Source of the DNA: an uncultured bacterium
GTDB taxonomy: Bacteria > Oederibacteriota > JAJYGY01 > DAIDJD01
Direction of reading: 5' to 3'
DNA: 15,385 bases
Assembly (NCBI GenBank): GCA_964521965.1
Contig: CAZFUM010000046.1
Coordinates: 1-15,385, forward strand
Notes under the pieces: generated by a model
Told to the model about the DNA's origin: nothing
The model's database searches: none
Seen by the model: the letters and a program-made list of their open reading frames with translations, nothing else
Shown: positions 13,094 through 15,385 of the stretch, one piece after another
How positions within the stretch are numbered: the stretch's first letter is position 1
How the letters are laid out: the number at the start of each line of letters is the position of its first letter
Translations under genes and position numbers: made by a program

Positions 13094-14275
13094 ATGAGCC
13101 GCTCAGACGCCACATTCGCCTCTAAAGAAGGCCGCATCGAATTTTGCCAAGATTGCCTTGATAAAGGCTATCTCGACTTGGCCATGCGTGAATTGATCAA
13201 AGGCTTAAGCCTTTTTCCTGACGATCCTGACATTTATTTCTTTTTGGGCGTGGCTCATGACCAGCGCGGCAACCGCGAGCAGGCCATTGAGCATTATTTG
13301 CGTTGCCTTGATCTCAGCCCAGACCATGGTGAAGCCCAGTGCAACTTGGGTGCTGATTATCATGCCCTGGGCCGTTTGCCCGAGGCTGAGGCGCAATACC
13401 AGGCCGCTATTTCGAATTCGCAAGCGTTTCCCGAAGCCCATCTCAATTTAGGCCTCATCTACTATGAGCGGGGACATTACCCCCCGGCCGAAGAGCAGTT
13501 TCGCAAGGCCATAGAACTTAAGGCCGATCAGCCCATGGCTCTTTACTATTTGGGCGTGGTGCTTTCGCAGCTGCATCAGACGGCCGAAGCGCTTGATGTT
13601 TTCACGCGCTGCGTGGCTCTCGACCCCATCAATGCCGATGCCTATTTTAATTTGGGCGTACTGCTCGACAATCAAGGCAGCCGCGAAGAAGCGCTCGATG
13701 CCTATCTCGCTTGCCTTAACCTGAAGCCTGAGCATGAATGGGCCCATCAGAATCTCGTGGCGCTTTACACCGCAAAAGGTTGGTTTGAACAGGCGGTCGA
13801 TGCCTGCGAGGCAGCCTTGCGCATTCATCCCGATAATCCTGAGACCATGACCAATCTCGGCACCTTATATATGGAATTGGGCCGTGCCGATGAGGCGGCC
13901 GATGTGCTCTTAAAGGCCATCGATGCCAACCCCGAGTATTCGCGGGCACACTATCAGTTGGGCATGGTTTTCTTGCGTCAAGGCTTGAGCAAGAAAGCCC
14001 AAAAAGAGTTCGAGAAAGCGCTCGAAAAAGATCCACATAGCGCCAAGTCGCTTTACAACCTGGCCCTGCTGAATGATCAGCAAGGGCACAAGCCCCAGGC
14101 TGTCGGGCACTATCTTAAAGCGCTCGAGGCAGACCCTCGTTTTGTCGAGGCCATCTACAATCTGTCGCTGCTTTACCATGAGATGGGCGAGCATGATCTT
14201 TCGCGCATCCAAACCGCGCGTCTTAAAGAGATCGACCCTCACCTGGCGGCCGAGCTCCAAACTCATTTGAACTGA
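13094..14275 (+). CDS. Tetratricopeptide (TPR) repeat protein.
   Basis: About 10 consecutive 34-aa TPR units with the W/Y-LG-Y-A-F-A-P pattern, for example AHLNLGLIYYERGHYPPAEEQFRKAIELKADQP, AYFNLGVLLDNQGSREEALDAYLACLNLKPEHE and ALYNLALLNDQQGHKPQAVGHYLKALEADPRF. Confidence 0.85.
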   Translation: MSRSDATFASKEGRIEFCQDCLDKGYLDLAMRELIKGLSLFPDDPDIYFFLGVAHDQRGNREQAIEHYLRCLDLSPDHGEAQCNLGADYHALGRLPEAEAQYQAAISNSQAFPEAHLNLGLIYYERGHYPPAEEQFRKAIELKADQPMALYYLGVVLSQLHQTAEALDVFTRCVALDPINADAYFNLGVLLDNQGSREEALDAYLACLNLKPEHEWAHQNLVALYTAKGWFEQAVDACEAALRIHPDNPETMTNLGTLYMELGRADEAADVLLKAIDANPEYSRAHYQLGMVFLRQGLSKKAQKEFEKALEKDPHSAKSLYNLALLNDQQGHKPQAVGHYLKALEADPRFVEAIYNLSLLYHEMGEHDLSRIQTARLKEIDPHLAAELQTHLN

Positions 14276-14282
14276 GCCAGCC

Positions 14283-15385
14283 TTGCCGACCTTTGCACCG
14301 ATTTGGGCTCATGTGCGCCGTCATCGTCGTTTGGCGCTTTGGGGCGCCCTGGCGCTGTTCATCACGGACCTGGGCCAGCAGGCCATTCCGCTACTTCTTA
14401 AACATGCTGTTGATGATTTAAAGGGCGGCGCTGCGCTCACCATGGTGGCGCTTTGGGCCTTCTTGCGCGTGGGGGTCGTGCTCTTTCAGGCGGCTTTTCG
14501 ATATGGCTGGCGCTGGGGCCTCTTTGGTATGGCGCGTCGCGTCGAAGCAGGCTTGCGTCATGATGTTTTCGCCAAGTTTCTAAAACTGCCCCCGGCTTTT
14601 TATTTCAAGCATCGTTTGGGCGAGTTACTCTCGCGGGCCATGTCAGATCTCGCCATCATTCGTGAGTCATTGGGTTTTGGTTGGATGGCCTTGCTTGACT
14701 CGGTCACCATGGTCAGTCTGACCCTCGTTTTTATGCTTAGGCTCGATGCCAGCCTCACGGTCAGAATCTTGCTGCCCATGATTTTTCTGCCCTTGCTCAT
14801 CATGACCATGGGCCGCAAGGTTCGTCAGTATTCGCGCGAAGCGCAAACCGCGCTCGATGAACTGTCGCAGGCTGCCACTGAGAGCTTTCGCGGTGCGCGG
14901 GTGATACACGCTTATGGCCGCCAAAATGAAGAAACTGCCCGTTTTCTCGCCAAATGCGATCACTACCGCCTGCGCAACATGCGAGCCGTTCGCCTTGAGG
15001 CGATTTATTGGCCCTTGCTCACGGTGATGGCGGGCCTGGCCGAGCTGGCTCTCTTTTACTGGGGCGGCCAGGCCCTGAGTTTGGGCCGTATCAGTCTAGG
15101 CACCTTTGTGGCCCTCAATGACTATCTCATTCAAATTACCTGGCCGGTCATGGCCCTGGGTTTTTCAAGTAATCTCTATGTGCGCGGCAAAGTCAGTGTC
15201 GAACGCTTAAACGAGGTGCTCGATGCGCCCTCGGGCTTGCCTGGCGCCGCTGAAAATGAAGGTGCCCCCAGCAACCCAGTTGCCTTGCTAGAATTTCGTG
15301 GGGTGCGCTATGCCTATGAGCAGGGGCCAGAGGTTCTTAAGGGCGTGAACTTGAGCCTCAAAGCGGGTGAATGGGTGGGGCTTTG
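14283..15385 (+). CDS. ABC exporter with fused transmembrane and ATP-binding domains (MsbA/ABCB-like). It is 3'-partial and runs off the window. The start is TTG at 14283 or GTG at 14313.
   Basis: The frame is open to the window end. The N-terminus (M/L)PTFAPIWAHVRRHRRLALWGALALFITDLGQQAIPLLLKHAVDDL is the typical first transmembrane segment of ABC exporters. Further hydrophobic helices follow, then the pre-NBD segment GKVSVERLNEVLDAP...ALLEFRGVRYAYEQGPEVLKGVNLSLKAGEWVGL immediately before the Walker A position. This gene is absent from the supplied ORF track only because it has no stop in the window. Confidence 0.8.
   Translation, partial: MPTFAPIWAHVRRHRRLALWGALALFITDLGQQAIPLLLKHAVDDLKGGAALTMVALWAFLRVGVVLFQAAFRYGWRWGLFGMARRVEAGLRHDVFAKFLKLPPAFYFKHRLGELLSRAMSDLAIIRESLGFGWMALLDSVTMVSLTLVFMLRLDASLTVRILLPMIFLPLLIMTMGRKVRQYSREAQTALDELSQAATESFRGARVIHAYGRQNEETARFLAKCDHYRLRNMRAVRLEAIYWPLLTVMAGLAELALFYWGGQALSLGRISLGTFVALNDYLIQITWPVMALGFSSNLYVRGKVSVERLNEVLDAPSGLPGAAENEGAPSNPVALLEFRGVRYAYEQGPEVLKGVNLSLKAGEWVGL

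Noticed and set aside
13205-14270. Several ORFs on both strands overlapping the TPR gene (13205..13441, 13448..13828, 13716..14036, 13910..14266, 13257..13451 and 14073..14270).
   Set aside because: The plus-strand frame encodes ~10 canonical TPR units. The overlapping ORFs have no features.
14600-14963. Minus-strand ORFs 14600..14818 and 14667..14963.
   Set aside because: They are antisense to the partial ABC exporter, whose frame is open from 14283 to the window end with clear transmembrane and pre-Walker-A sequence.

Overview
Gene-dense bacterial chromosomal segment, moderately GC-rich by eye, with a clear composition contrast between the GC-rich surface-protein genes and the AT-richer housekeeping genes. 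Most genes lack Shine-Dalgarno sequences, and two proteins carry a C-terminal beta-sandwich sorting domain beginning V/YPNP of the T9SS / FlgD-Ig-like type. Together these suggest an organism in or near the FCB superphylum (Bacteroidota, Gemmatimonadota or related candidate phyla); this is inference. I found no rRNA, tRNA, CRISPR array, transposase or integrase. The window holds two blocks. The first is a minus-strand four-gene operon (7953->1749): a signal-peptide outer-membrane beta-barrel fused to a C-terminal FN3 domain; a 1246-aa secreted giant (signal peptide, two NIDO-like domains, six-bladed NHL propeller, Ser/Thr/Pro linkers, T9SS-type C-terminal domain); an SPFH/band-7 protein; and a small lipoprotein. 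Stop/start overlaps indicate translational coupling. An ECF sigma / anti-sigma pair is transcribed divergently from it across a 161-bp intergenic region containing palindromes. The second block is a tightly packed plus-strand array: ECF sigma, anti-sigma, fused siroheme-decarboxylase-like NirDL/AhbAB, quinolinate synthase NadA, a small membrane protein, a very GC-rich divergent RlmI-like PUA protein, a TPR protein and an ABC exporter truncated at the window end. The window start lies inside a second secreted S/T/P-rich protein with the same C-terminal sorting domain, followed by glycerate kinase. The most interesting candidate is the sigma/anti-sigma plus barrel-FN3 / NIDO-NHL cargo / SPFH / lipoprotein module, which I could not match to a described system from memory. 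All domain calls come from reading motifs by eye, not from searches.
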